DNA of 64,000 nucleotides, taken from positions 6,169-70,168 of the forward strand of contig NW_003314304.1 in assembly GCF_000143415.4 (NCBI RefSeq). The letters run 5' to 3'. The notes below the pieces were generated by a model, which worked only from the letters and a program-made list of their open reading frames with translations, did no database searches and was not told the origin of the DNA. Shown piece after piece: positions 1 to 12,000 of the stretch. Positions within the stretch are counted from its first letter, which is position 1, and each line of letters starts with the position of its first letter. This DNA is from Selaginella moellendorffii. Taxonomy: Eukaryota; Plantae; Lycopodiophyta. The position numbers and the translations under genes are program-made.

Positions 1-649
1 TCAGATCCCGTATGGTAGGAGAAAGAGGAACGTGATGTCAGGCAGCAAAGTCCGTGTCCATGAAGCAGGAAGTTGCACCCGAGTCCAGTAGCGCCAAAGC
101 CTTGAGTCCTAATTGTCCGGTGAAAGAAAGGAGACATGGGATGCGGAAGTTGCGGGAATTGGTGGTGGCTTTGATGAAAGGTGGTGAGGAGCTTGATAAG
201 GAAGAAAAGTGATTTTTATTTGGGGAGTCCAAACAGACAGCTCCTACTCCTACTCCCCAAACTGTCAAGACCCCCAACAAGATCAAGACTGGAAAATGCT
301 AAAGACAAAGAGAAAAAGCTAGTGAAAACAAAGAAGAGGCCTTAGACTGGTGTTGATTCAGATTGTGGAGAAATGGAACAAGGCTAACCTATATATACTA
401 TAGGTTGATGAAGCTCCACCACTCTTGGATCGAGGACAGCCTAAATACAGCTGAGGTCGAGGAGGCGCCACATCATCATCAGGAATGTGGCTCGAGACTC
501 AGGAATCGGGAAGTGTCTCGAGAGTCAGGAATAGGGAAGTGTCTCGAGAGTCAGGAATAGAGAAGTGTCTCGAGAGTCAGGAATGTGGTCTGCAGGTCAG
601 GAATCCGGCGAGAGTCAGGAATGTGGCAAGAATTGGGGGATTCCTGACA
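1..649 (-). mobile_element. Gag-deleted copy of the chromovirus LTR retrotransposon (5' LTR 263-649 plus protease region; continues beyond the window start)
   Basis: 263-649 is the reverse complement of the 387-bp LTR at 7549-7935. 1-250 matches the protease region 9000-9250 (ALLDSGATSCF). The LTR is joined almost directly to the protease region, so ~1.06 kb of PBS+gag is missing. Confidence 0.93.
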
Positions 650-899
650 GTGTGATTCCCCTAGCCAACCAATAGAGTCGGATTTGGAACCTCTCTAATA
701 CCAAATGTAAGCTCTTGAATTTGGACTTTCTGGGAGGTCACCTAGCCCAATACTATTCAAACCTAAGGACGCTTAACCCCAAATATCCCAAAATCCTTAA
801 CCGATTGGAAAAGGGGGTGCACTCTTATTCATGGGCCCTTTCCCTCTATATTTGAACCCCATGGATTATCTCTCAAGTCGTTCTCTTTGGTTACTTACA
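650..899 (-). mobile_element. Cassandra-like TRIM: 194-bp LTR (706-899) carrying a 5S rRNA-like segment, followed by a Met-tRNA-type PBS; interrupted by the chromovirus
   Basis: TGTAAG...CTTACA termini. The minus strand reads GGTTAAGCGTCCTTAGG...TAGTATTGGGCTAGGTGACCTCCCAGAAAGTCC, resembling the 5S internal control region. Minus-strand TGGTATTAGAG lies next to the LTR. A second copy is at 33757-33951. Confidence 0.8.
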
Positions 900-1599
900 A
901 ACGAGCTTAATGCCTCCTTGATGTATATGGCTGTGGAAGATGGACTAAGAGCTTGAGCAAGGCTCCCCAGAAAGGGTGATCACTAGTACAACTCATCCTT
1001 GGGACAAGGACTTTGTTAGGGGGCGAAGAATTGTTAGGCACCAACTTTGACCACATGGTCAACATTGGTTAAAAGGAGGCTTAAGGGTATTTGAAGGCAT
1101 GTTAGGGTAAGGTCTAAACCTACCTTAGGGCTCATATGGTTGGGTGGTGAGGAACCTCAAGAAGTGGTGTAGCATAGTATAATACGACTAGATCTCTATC
1201 ATTTTACACTGGATCATAACAATAGTGGAAGATAAAATTAGGGTTGTTCATTTGTTATGATTGTTTTAATCTTGAGATTTCTTATTGGTGTGTTAATGGC
1301 ATAATTAATATCTCTAGTTTTGCATTATTATGCTTTAATGTGCATAGTCGTGAATTTAAGTAAGTGTTATTGTTGAAAATGTGTTGTTGATTAGGGTTGG
1401 ATGTTGCAGAAAGCTGGAGGGGGCACTGGAGATCTTTGAGGCCTTGCTAGCTTGAGACAATAACTTGGAACATCATGATCCAAGATCATTCTTCCTAGTA
1501 GGCTGTAATGGGATTCTTAGAAAATGCAGCAAGAAATGGCATTGATCGGCCCAAGTAACTCTTCTCACCGTGCTTGAGTCAGGATCAGTCAGCGTGGAG

Positions 1600-4135
1600 C
1601 ATACTTGCATCTGAACATTCGAACGCAACCAGATTCATACGGGTATCGAACGTTTAATACCTATTTAGCTTTTTTTCGATTGGGTATAATGGTTTTCAGT
1701 TTTAATATAATTAAAAAATAATTTACTGTTACTAAACAAAGTTTAACATAATATAATATAGGTTTAATCTAATCTCCATCCTCTAAATCTAGAACATTAT
1801 CACCACTAGCGCTGTTGTCATCAGGTTGTTGAAGAGGTTCTTCAATAACCTCCTGAAGTGCAAGGATCCTTTGCCACTGAGGCTCAAGCTCAAGGTTATC
1901 AAGATCATGCTTGATAAGCCTCAAACTCTTGAACTCGATCTTCTGTATGACACGCATATTTGTGTGCACAAAAACCAGCTTCTTCGAGTTTTTGGAGAGC
2001 AGTCGAGACCTCCTCTTCGTCTGGATCATGCTCCATGAGCTCCAGTTTCGCTCGTATGGTGAAGCACAAACTGGCTGACTCAAGATCCGTAAAGCAAGCC
2101 TTTGAAGTTCTAGTGTGCCTACACCAAAGTTGCTCCACCAACTCACTGGGTGTTTCCAGTTCTCCATCTATACAAGAGAATCAATCTAAAAAGTTGTCAA
2201 ACAAATAGTTTATATGCCAAGTTGTTGACGGAAACTCTGAAACTCATGCAGCAGCTTGTGTTGAAGTCCTCGATCTCCTTTGCAATACAACTCTAGGTAC
2301 TCCACAAAATCTTCCTAAGCCTCCTGGTCGAGAGGGAGATGAAGAAAAGCTGGGTTCAGAATAAAAGCAGCTCCATACAAGATCGAATGCATCTGGAACC
2401 AACGAGCTGCTTTCCGACGTCCCTTGCCATGATCCTCCATCATGAACCTGTTGATCTCCTCAACCTCTTCCTCAGCTAAAATCCCAGTCTCAATAGCCTC
2501 TGAAAGCTTCTCATTCATCCGGTCCATAGCCTCGAAAATGAGACCGGAAGTTGCCCCCTCCCGGTCCGCAAGCTTCAAGACCTTGAGGAGCAGTCCAAGC
2601 AGCACCAACAAGTGCTGGCACTAGTCCAGAAAGAGTTCGGAGTCTCTTCTTATATCCGAGTTCAAATGTGCTGGGCTTTGGCGGTCTTCGTGACGTCCAA
2701 TCACCGCCACTCAGAGCTCGCAACCATCTCCTTCAATGCCTCCAAGGTTGTCAGATTCAGGAGCTGAGACATCACTAGAAACATGTAAGCGAACCTTGTG
2801 CTAGCCAGCTTGATGAGATCCCGATTGCTCAGCTTCCGAAACAAAGCCAAAACACGAGGTTTTTTGGTGATAAAAGTTACCACCTCATTGCAGCCTTTCA
2901 CCAATGGTTTTACCCACAACAAGCTCCCGATGTCTTCGAAGAGAAGGTCTAAGACATGGCACACACACCGGCTGTGGAGAATGTGAGGATACTTAGCTGT
3001 CATGAGTTCTCCCATCTGCACACAGTTTGATGCATTATCAGTGATCACCTGAACAATGTTTTCTTCGCCAACTTCTTGAATCACTTTCTTTAGCTTGACC
3101 CAAATCCACTCTTCCGTCTTTGTCCTACCCTTGGAATCTACAGACTTCAAGAAAACCGAACCCTGGATGTTGGAGGCCATGAAGTTGATCAAGGATTGGC
3201 TATGGTTGTCAGACCAACCATCAGTGACGATGCTAACTTCATATCTTCTCCACCCCTCACGGATTGGATCAAGTTGAGCATTGACACTATCATAAAGCTT
3301 CTTCAACTGTGTACTCCGCAGCTTCTCATATCCCATCATCTGTGCAAGAGCTCTAGGGTTGAAGTCGATAGCAGCTTGAAGCAACTTCCTCAGATTTGGC
3401 CTCCGAATGGTGTTGAAAGGGATATTTTCAATGTAGAAAAACTCGGCCATGGCATCATCCAGACATTTAACCTTTGCAGACTTCATCATCTTTCGAATGT
3501 CACCATTCAGCGCCGGTGCAGCACTTTGTTTAAGACTGCTGCTCCCGGAAAGTGGAACGCTGCCGCTACTCACCTCGCCCAGCCCTCCAGTAGCCCCACC
3601 GCTTGCCCAGCAGCTGGCATCGCCACTCACTTCACCGACCTCAGTCTCGTTAGCTAAGGCAAGTCTCTCTTGGGGACTTGCTGCAATCATGGAGCTCTTC
3701 ATGAGCTCCACACGATTAAAAGATGCCCAAGCCTTGTTCACCACCTCCAGTTGCACTTGTCCTCTACAAATCTCTACATTCCTTCCTTTCACACCCCCAA
3801 GGTGAGCGCGAACTCGTTTAGCCATGCCGGTGTAAATATTCGAGCAATACTTACACTTCCATAGACTCACGCTGTGGCTTGTCTCGGATGTCGGCCTTAG
3901 TTTCAGAACATGAGCCCAGCTCCAGCATGGCTGCCTTCCTCCCCCCATCCCGGACTTACTTCAGCGCTTCCAGATCCTGCGAACCCTGATTTTACAAATC
4001 CTAAGTAAAAGAAAGCATATTCTTTAGTGTTTTTAAAAAATATTCTTGGTGTTTAAACACTGTTTTAAACACCGTATTATATGCGCATTTTAAACAGCGT
4101 TTTTTATTAATAGTACCCGTTCGAATGCAAGTATG
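1600..4135 (-). mobile_element. hAT DNA transposon, 2536 bp
   Basis: TIR CATACTTGCAT (1600-1610) / ATGCAAGTATG (4125-4135). Perfect 8-bp TSD GCGTGGAG at 1592-1599 and 4136-4143. Internal hAT transposase. Confidence 0.95.
1769..3948 (-). pseudogene. hAT transposase (BED Zn finger, DUF659-like core, C-terminal dimerisation domain), frameshifted
   Basis: Motifs WKCKYC...RAHL, SIVTDGWSD, VQVITDNASN, CVCHVLDL, TRFA, WWSNFG...LALRILSQ...ERNWS are split over ORFs 2701-3948, 2315-2611 and 1769-2167. Confidence 0.9.
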
Positions 4136-4636
4136 GCGTGGAGTGCCCAAAAGGGAAAGCAAATAAATCAGTCAGCATGGAGCACCCAAGTGGGAACATG
4201 AAGAAATCAGTCAGTGTGGAGATGCCAGGAACACAAACAATTCAGTCAAATGATGAGTTATTTTGTTCCTTCCTCCACAAATCTTACTTTCTTTGTCTCT
4301 ATGCTGTTCCTGATCATTTTGCAGATTGGATGCACTAGCCACTTTCATTCGATTTGCATGGGTTCAGATGTAGTCCGACCTCCATACATACCCTTAGCTC
4401 GTAGCCATATTGAATAGGAGTGCATGGAACTACTAAGCTGGAAGAAGACAGAGAACAACGATGGAGCTAGAGCTGCTTCCAACACCGTGCAGTACTATTT
4501 TTCTAGGATTGTTGTCATTGAGAACCATGGGAGCGGGATCCTCTAATCGACCTCAGCATCAGCTCACTTCCCGTCAAAACCTGGGCTGTCCGCCCCTTTT
4601 TTTTCTTTTTTTTTCTCTTTTTCCTTTTTCTCCTCT

Positions 4637-4736
4637 NNNNNNNNNNNNNNNNNNNNNNNNNNNNNNNNNNNNNNNNNNNNNNNNNNNNNNNNNNNNNNNN
4701 NNNNNNNNNNNNNNNNNNNNNNNNNNNNNNNNNNNN
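4637..4736. other. Assembly gap (100 N) between T-rich and A-rich homopolymer runs
   Basis: Run of N in the sequence. Confidence 0.99.
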
Positions 4737-4968
4737 AAAAAGAAAAAAAAAAAAAAAAAAAAAAAAGCAATAAAACGTAAGATGGGAGCATCTAGCCTGT
4801 ACCACTCAGTTTGGAGAGCTGTGCAAACTGTGGGAGCATCTGAAGGCGAGAGGTCAAGATTTTTGCTGCCGTGGGTGCAGCTAAACATTCCGCAGTGACG
4901 GGAATCCGCGGATTTGGTAAGCAATCAAGCCCTTTGTTGGCTGATGGCTGATGTATTCTATGTTTCAG

Positions 4969-6758
4969 GTTCGCAATCGGAAGGCTTGAACGCGCGTTTA
5001 TACATTTCTGAAAGAAAAGATCTGTTGGAGAAGCTTGAGAGTCTTGTTCGCAAAGAACGAGCAGTCGTCGTGCGAGCCCCTCCTCAAAGTGGTAAAACGT
5101 CTCTTCTTCAGCTGCTAAAAGCCAGAACCGAATCGAAATTCGGCGACGTGTTCTACATCAGCCTTGCAGGCATCAGTGGCCACAGTTTCGAGTATATGTG
5201 GTATCAGCACTATCATGGTGAGTACTCTAAGAAAGTCTGTTTATTTTACTCTCTGTGACATGTCTATCATTATCTTGCAGATGTTTCAATGGAGAGGCTC
5301 AACAGCAGCAAGCCTACACTTCTACTTGTCGACGAAGGGCAGAGTGGGTTTCATGCTTCTGATCTAACTCTATGGGCCAAGATTAAATCAGCGCAAGCCG
5401 GTGGTATGCTGCATATTGTGCTCGTCTCCAGCTTTGGGGGTGATGAGGGTGATACGGACGAAGGCGAGCTGCCGGCAACACCAGTTATATTTAAACCAAG
5501 TTGCGCTGTGACTATACGGTGAGGCTTAGAAATTATTCGCATGTAACTTATGTGATTCTCCTGAATGCAGGCCCCAGCATGGTTGTGGATCCTCGGGTCT
5601 TTATCTCCAGTTTTCAAATGCTGAATGCATGGAGTTATGGGAGAACTGGTGCAAATTCTGTGCATTTGTACCCAGCAACAACGATATCCTCTACTACGTG
5701 ATGGAGGTTGGAGATAGACAACCAGGGCTCATGACACACATGCTTGACTGGCTTGTGAGGGGAACGTTCAATGACAAAAATTGGGACGACTGTGAGGAGT
5801 TTGCGAAGAGCGAATTGCTTTCTGAACGCTTTATGGCTTCGCTATCTGAGATTCGAAGTATTTCCACGTAAGTAAGGCCCGCAGACTAGACGCCTGATGT
5901 GATTTGATGTGATTCGTGTCCAGGTTTCGTAATATGTATTGGCGACCGGAGTATGCGGGTATCCTCTCCAAATTACTGGGATCCAGTTCAGTAAGTGTCA
6001 TTCTCATGTTTCCAATTTAACTATCCAATTTAACTTGCTATCTAAACCTGCAGGCTCTGGGTTTTGTGAAGAAAACAGAGCTGTCCTCGGAAGAGCTTCG
6101 TGCTGCAAATAAGCTTTCGAGAAGGGGTCAATTGGTGAGGACCAAAGCCATGAACTTTATGTTTCCTTCGCCTTTGCACCGTCACTATTATGCATCTTTA
6201 TGTGCCACTGCAACGTTAACGCTGCCCCAAGTTCAAACAATGGGCATCGAGAGCTTTCTGGTCCATGTGATTCAAAGGATGAGTGCCGGGCGTTTGGCTT
6301 GTTCTGAATCTCTTGCAACTGAAGATGGGACAATATACGAGCGACAATACCAGAATGAGTTCTATCGGTATGTATGCTATTTACCTTGTGTTGGCCTAAC
6401 TGAAATGTTTTGTTACAGCACATACTGCACACTTCTTGATGTCCCAATGTCCCCGGATGTTGGTAGACTGTATGGTGTGGCAGGATACGTTGACTTTTAT
6501 CTCGCAGATCTCAAATGGGCCTTTGAAATTGCTCGGGATGGTATCAAACTTGGGGAACACCTTGCACGGTTCGAATTGAGGGGCCGTTACCATGCATTGA
6601 TCTCCAAGGGAGTGGTGAAGAAGTATGTGGTAGTGAGCATGGATGCAACTGGTGTTGTTTACAAAGATGAGGTAGGATTGGTTCAGGTGATATTTGCTGA
6701 TGGTTACAAGACTGCAACAATCTATCCCTCAGGCCAAGAAGTAGTTTTACAAGCTTAG
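4969..6758 (+). CDS. Crinkler (CRN/CR)-type protein: P-loop NTPase plus C-terminal PD-(D/E)xK restriction-endonuclease-like domain; multi-exon, 5' end uncertain
   Basis: Walker A APPQSGKTSLL, Walker B LLLVDEGQ, FPSPLH, and C-terminal ERQYQNEFYR...GYVDFYL...WAFEIARDG..EHLARF. GT-AG introns at about 5218-5280, 5519-5570, 5868-5923, 5991-6053 and 6368-6418. Confidence 0.75.
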
Positions 6759-7548
6759 AACAGTGAATTTCTTAGCCCTTATCCAAGTATTTTCTTAATA
6801 AATTTAAATTGTTAGTTGTTGAACTTTTTGGGCTGTGGATCTAGCCAGGGGGAGGGGGAAGATCCAGAAAGCAAATTCAATAGCAAGCACACTTTTTTTC
6901 CTTCCCTCTTTATTTCTTGTTTTTTTTTCTCATTTTTTCTCTTAAATACAGGTTTCAACTAGCTATTATGGTGGGATAAGAGGCATTGCAAAATGAAATA
7001 GATTGTTAGTAAAAAAATTAAGATTTCTTGTTTTTATAAAAATCATAAAGAATTTTGACAAAAAGAGAGCAACCCAATTTGATTAAAAATGTTGAAGATC
7101 TACTCTATAATTCTTCTTCAAACTTAATAACCAATTGGGTAAGAGGTGGTGGATAGAGACTCAAGATTTAGAGAATCAGGAAAAATTCTTAACACTAAAA
7201 AAAAAAATTTAGCATTGAATAAAGACTTTAATGAATATAAAAAATTGATAAAGTAAAACAATTATCCCTTTAAGAGATCAAACATATACAAAATATGTAC
7301 AAGATTAAAGATGTACAATAGTTGTCATTTGGGACTTTCAAAACTCTACCAAACCTTACACTGAATGCTACTTAGAGAGATGGTTAGTATATCACAAAGA
7401 AGACTACTCTAAAGATTAAAAATGAAAAAGAAGCTAAAAAGGACAATTAAGAAGAGTGAGAGTATACACATGGAAGATCATATTTATTTCATACTTTCAT
7501 TAATTTCTTAGGAACATATAAATTATACCAATCACATTAATCTTAGAT

Positions 7549-7935
7549 TGTCAGGAATCCCCCAATTCTTGCCACATTCCTGACTCTCGCCGGATTCCTG
7601 ACCTGCAGACCACATTCCTGACTCTCGAGACACTTCTCTATTCCTGACTCTCGAGACACTTCCCTATTCCTGACTCTCGAGACACTTCCCGATTCCTGAG
7701 TCTCGAGCCACATTCCTGATGATGATGTGGCGCCTCCTCGACCTCAGCTGTATTTAGGCTGTCCTCGATCCAAGAGTGGTGGAGCTTCATCAACCTATAG
7801 TATATATAGGTTAGCCTTGTTCCATTTCTCCACAATCTGAATCAACACCAGTCTAAGGCCTCTTCTTTGTTTTCACTAGCTTTTTCTCTTTGTCTTTAGC
7901 ATTTTCCAGTCTTGATCTTGTTGGGGGTCTTGACA
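7549..7935 (+). repeat. 5' LTR of the chromovirus, with internal ~26-bp tandem repeats (ATTCCTGACTCTCGAGACACTTC) and a TATA box near 7801
   Basis: Direct repeat of 12762-13148 and inverted copy of 263-649. Confidence 0.95.
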
Positions 7936-8032
7936 GTTTGATTCAGATTGTGTTTTTTGCTTTTCTTTTAGCTTGTTTTGATTATTTGATTGCCTTTGTC
8001 TTTTCCCCCCTTTCTTTTCTTTCTTCTTGCCA

Positions 8033-9004
8033 ATGGAGTCTCCAAGCCATCCTGATTTCTTTGCTGAAGTCCTTGCAAAAATCCAGTCTGAGAATACCGA
8101 GCTGAAGGCGACCCTTCTTCGCATGCAGCAGGAGCTTGCTTCACTTTCAGCTCAAGGATCCAACAAAGTTCCTGAACCGAAGGTGAGTTTCCCGGCGAAA
8201 TTTTCAGGCAAGCGTTCGGAGCTTCGTGGATTTTTGAATCAAATGGAGCTGATCTTTGCACTTCAACATCGGCGGTACCCCACTCCCGAGTCTCAAATCG
8301 GCGCGATTGGGACGTTGCTCGAGGGTGCAACTTTGTCATGGTTTTCTCCTCTTCTGGAGAAGAGCATGAAAGGGGTCGTGGTTCCGGAGCTGATGGATCT
8401 TCAATTGTTCAAAGAGAAGCTCGAAGCATGTTTTGGCGAGACGGATCGGGTTCGGGCTGCTACCACAAAGATGAGACGTCTCTCTCAGGGGTCTCGTTCT
8501 GCCTCGATCTACGCTGCAGAGTTCCAACTCCTTGCCTTGGACACTCAGTGGGATGAGCGGGCCCTGATTGACCAATTTCGTTTCGGCCTCAATAACGGTG
8601 TCAAGGATTTGTTGCTCACCATGGAGGATCCCAAGGACCTGTCAGACGCCATCAACAAAGCTGTTCGATGTGACAATCGTCTCTTTGAACGTCGTCAGGA
8701 AAGTCGCCGCGCCGCTGTTTTTCCATCCCAGACTCAGGAATCCCAGCTTGAGTCTTCGGGGCATAGTCCTGAACCTACTGCTCCGGTCCCGATGGATATT
8801 TCTGGTACTCCCCGACTCATTAGAGGGAAGTTGAGTCCTGCTGAGAGGCAACGTCGAATATCTCATAATCTTTGCCTCTACTGTGCTGATCCTAATCACA
8901 AAGCAGCTGTGTGTCCCAGGAAGCCTCCCCGATTGCTCGAGTTCACTCTGCCTCAAAGTCCACCACTGTTGCAGTCGGGAAACGACCCTGTCCAAACAGA
9001 GTAG
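8033..9004 (+). CDS. gag: Retrotransposon Gag with CCHC zinc knuckle
   Basis: PAKFSG..ELRGFL, LSQG..SIYAAEF, PVPMDI, CLYCADPNHKAAVC. Confidence 0.93.
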   Translation: MESPSHPDFFAEVLAKIQSENTELKATLLRMQQELASLSAQGSNKVPEPKVSFPAKFSGKRSELRGFLNQMELIFALQHRRYPTPESQIGAIGTLLEGATLSWFSPLLEKSMKGVVVPELMDLQLFKEKLEACFGETDRVRAATTKMRRLSQGSRSASIYAAEFQLLALDTQWDERALIDQFRFGLNNGVKDLLLTMEDPKDLSDAINKAVRCDNRLFERRQESRRAAVFPSQTQESQLESSGHSPEPTAPVPMDISGTPRLIRGKLSPAERQRRISHNLCLYCADPNHKAAVCPRKPPRLLEFTLPQSPPLLQSGNDPVQTE

Positions 9005-9021
9005 GAGCTGTCTGTTTGGAC
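8977..9021 (+). promoter_or_regulatory. -1 programmed ribosomal frameshift signal (G GGA AAC plus downstream stem)
   Basis: Slippery heptamer at 8977-8983 is in the correct gag phase. After a 6-nt spacer comes an 11-bp stem GTCCAAACAGA/TCTGTTTGGAC. The protease ORF is in the -1 frame. Confidence 0.85.
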
Positions 9022-12000
9022 TCCCCAAATAAAAATCACTTTTCTTCCTTATCAAGCTCCTCACCACCTTTCATCAAAGCCACCACCAATTCCCGCAACT
9101 TCCGCGTCCCATGTCTCCTTTCTTTCACCGGACAATCAGGACTCAAGGCTTTGGCGCTACTGGACTCGGGTGCAACTTCCTGCTTCATGGACACGGACTT
9201 TGTTGCCCGACATCACGTTCCTCTTTCTCCTACCATACGGGATCTGAGGGTTGAAGGCATCGGCGGGCATTTTGTGTCTCCATCTTCTGGACTTAGGGAA
9301 ACGTTGCCCGTTCGAGTACACATCGGGTCCACCGTCACCGATATCGCCTTCAACATCATCAACAGCAAGTCTTCCTCTGTGGTGCTCGGTCTTCCTTGGT
9401 TCCAACTACATCAGCCTTAGATTTGTTGGAAGGACTTACAGCTCATCTCTCCCACATCACCATCTCCCACGGCTTCCCCTGGTGTTCATCGAGTCCGAAT
9501 CAGGAAAAGTTCCCTAAACTCAAGTCGGGGTTCTGTTCCTGACTCTACGCAGTTTTCATCCTCTTCTTTTTTCTCTCTTCCATCTTACACTGGACAGTAT
9601 CCTCGTCTCATCATTCCATTTAGTCGTACTCCTCCTCCTATCTCCACAATCACTATGAAAGAACTCCTTCATGAAGAACCTCTTTTTCTTTTTGCTTTGC
9701 ATGTTTCTCCTGTCAGTCTTCTTGAGAAGTATCATGATTTTGGGGATGTGTTTGACAAGAAAAAAGCTAGTGTACTGCTTGTTCATCGGCCTTATGATTG
9801 TCCCATTGATTTACAGGAAGGAGCGTCACCTCCGTGGGGGCCTATCTACGGGTTATCCCCGTCCGAGCTTAAGGCCCTCAAAGAGTACGTGGATGAGAAC
9901 CTTGCCTCGGGCTACATTCAGCATTCGCAGTCCCCGGCTGGAGCGCCTGTCTTCTTTGTCAAGAAGAAGGATGGGAGCTTGCGGCTAGTCATCGACTACC
10001 GAGGTTTGAACAAGGTGATTGTTCGGAACCGTTATCCGCTGCCCCTGATCTCGGACCTGTTGGAACGCCTTGGCGGTGCCCGCTTCTTCACCAAGATCGA
10101 CCTCCGTGGAGCATACAACCTGATCCGGATCTGTCCTGGTGATGAATGGAAGACTGCGTTCCGAACCCGCTATGGCCACTTCGAGTACACTGTCATGCCA
10201 TTTGGCTTGACAAATGCTCCAGCGGTTTTCCAACACATGGCGAACGACGTTTTTCGGGAGTTTCTTGATCAGATGGTGATCGTCTACCTCGATGACATCC
10301 TCATCTACTCAAAAACTCAGGAGGAGCATGACGAACATGTTCGCAAGGTGCTAGCGAAGCTGCGAGAACACAGCCTATACGCGAAGCTTGAGAAATGTTC
10401 CTTTGATCAGCAGTCTGTGGAGTTCCTTGGGTACATTGTCACTCCTGAGGGTATCACAATGGATCCTGCAAAAGTCAAGACTATTCTCGAATGGGAGCCT
10501 CCACAATCAATGTCAGACGTTCAGGTTTTCCTTGGCTTCGCCAACTTCTACCGCAAATTCATTGATCACTACTCTGACATTGTCCTTCCTCTCACACATC
10601 TCACTCGCAAGGATGTTCCCTTCTCTTGGTCTGCTGCTGCCCAGCAGGCTTTCGACACACTCAAGGCGGCCTTCAGTTCTGCTCCTGTCTTGATCCATGC
10701 TAATTCCTCACAACCTTTCTTCATCGAGGCTGACGCCTCCGACTTTGCCATTGGTGCTGTGCTATCTCAACTCGGAGCGGATCACGAACTTCATCCGGTC
10801 GCTTTCCATTCTCGGAAATTCCAGCCTGCGGAGATCAATTACGAAATCCACGACAAGGAGCTTCTTGCCATCGTGGATTCCTTTGGAGAGTGGCGCCGTT
10901 TCTTGGAGGGGGCGAGCCATCAAACAACAGTTTGGACGGATCACAAAAATCTCGAGTACTTTGCCACTTCCCGAGTTTTAAGCCGTCGTCAAGCAAGGTG
11001 GGCACAATTCCTGAGTCGGTTTGACTTTGTTATCAAGTACAGACCTGGAAAGTTTCAAGGCCTTCCTGATGCTCTTTCAAGGCGCTCCTATCTCAGTCTC
11101 AGGCCTGGTAATCCTGCCTTCGATCAACAGGATCAAGTTATCCTCGGTCCTGATCGGCTTCAAGTTATGGCAATTTCCCTGGCCCCTCAGGACTCCTCCT
11201 TGATGGATGCAATCAGAAACGATCTTCAATCCGATGATCTCGCGAGCGACATTTTTCCCCATGTTCAGGCTGGACACCCAGTGACTCCCGACTGCCGGCG
11301 ATTTGACGAGTTCGAGTTCTTAGATGGCTTATTGTACCGTGGGGAGCAGCTTTACGTTCCTGAAGGTGATGCTCGAAGGTTGATCCTGATGGCGTGCCAC
11401 GATAGCCCGACTGCTGGTCACTTCGGCATTGCGAAAACCTATGAGCTAGTTGCACGGGACTTTTGGTGGCCTCACATGGACGACTACATCAAAGCTTTTG
11501 TTACCTCCTGTGACACTTGTGCCCGGAATAAGGTACCTCGCCACCTTCCTTCAGGTTTGCTTCGTTCCCTTCCGGTCCCTTCAGGTCCTTGGGAATCCAT
11601 CTCCATGGATTTCTTGAGTGATCTTCCGAGTTCTGGAGGCTTCAACAGCATTTTAGTCGTGGTGGATCGCTTCACAAAGATGGCGCACTTCTTGCCATGT
11701 ACCAAGGAGTTTTCGGGCGAGGACATGGCAAAACTGGTATTCAGGGAAATTTTCCGACTTCATGGGATTCCTACAGATGTGGTTTCGGATTGGGGGCCTC
11801 AGTTCATCTCTCATTTCTGGCAACGGTTTTTGCAGTTGCTTGGAGTGAAGGCCAACCTCTCTTCAGCATATCATCCTCAAACTGATGGGCAGTCCGAGCG
11901 AACGATTCAGACATTGGAACAATTCTTGAGGTGCTTCATCAACTATCATCAGGATAACTGGTTCGATATCCTTCCCCTTGCTGAGTTCTCCTATAACAAC

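Noticed and set aside
363-560. 65-aa ORF repeated three times (363-560, 7638-7835, 12851-13048)
   Set aside because: Antisense translation of the LTR tandem repeats; no coding evidence.
4461-4924. Lys/Phe-rich ORFs spanning the N run
   Set aside because: Artefacts of homopolymers and the assembly gap.
6960-7548. Copia-like gag remnant hosting the chromovirus (continuing 13149-13800)
   Set aside because: AT-rich and too decayed to support with a specific motif or boundary.
9418-9420. Programmed stop-codon readthrough in pol (also 12553-12555)
   Set aside because: Both are more simply single C-to-T or G-to-A nonsense mutations; the second replaces the conserved chromodomain Trp.
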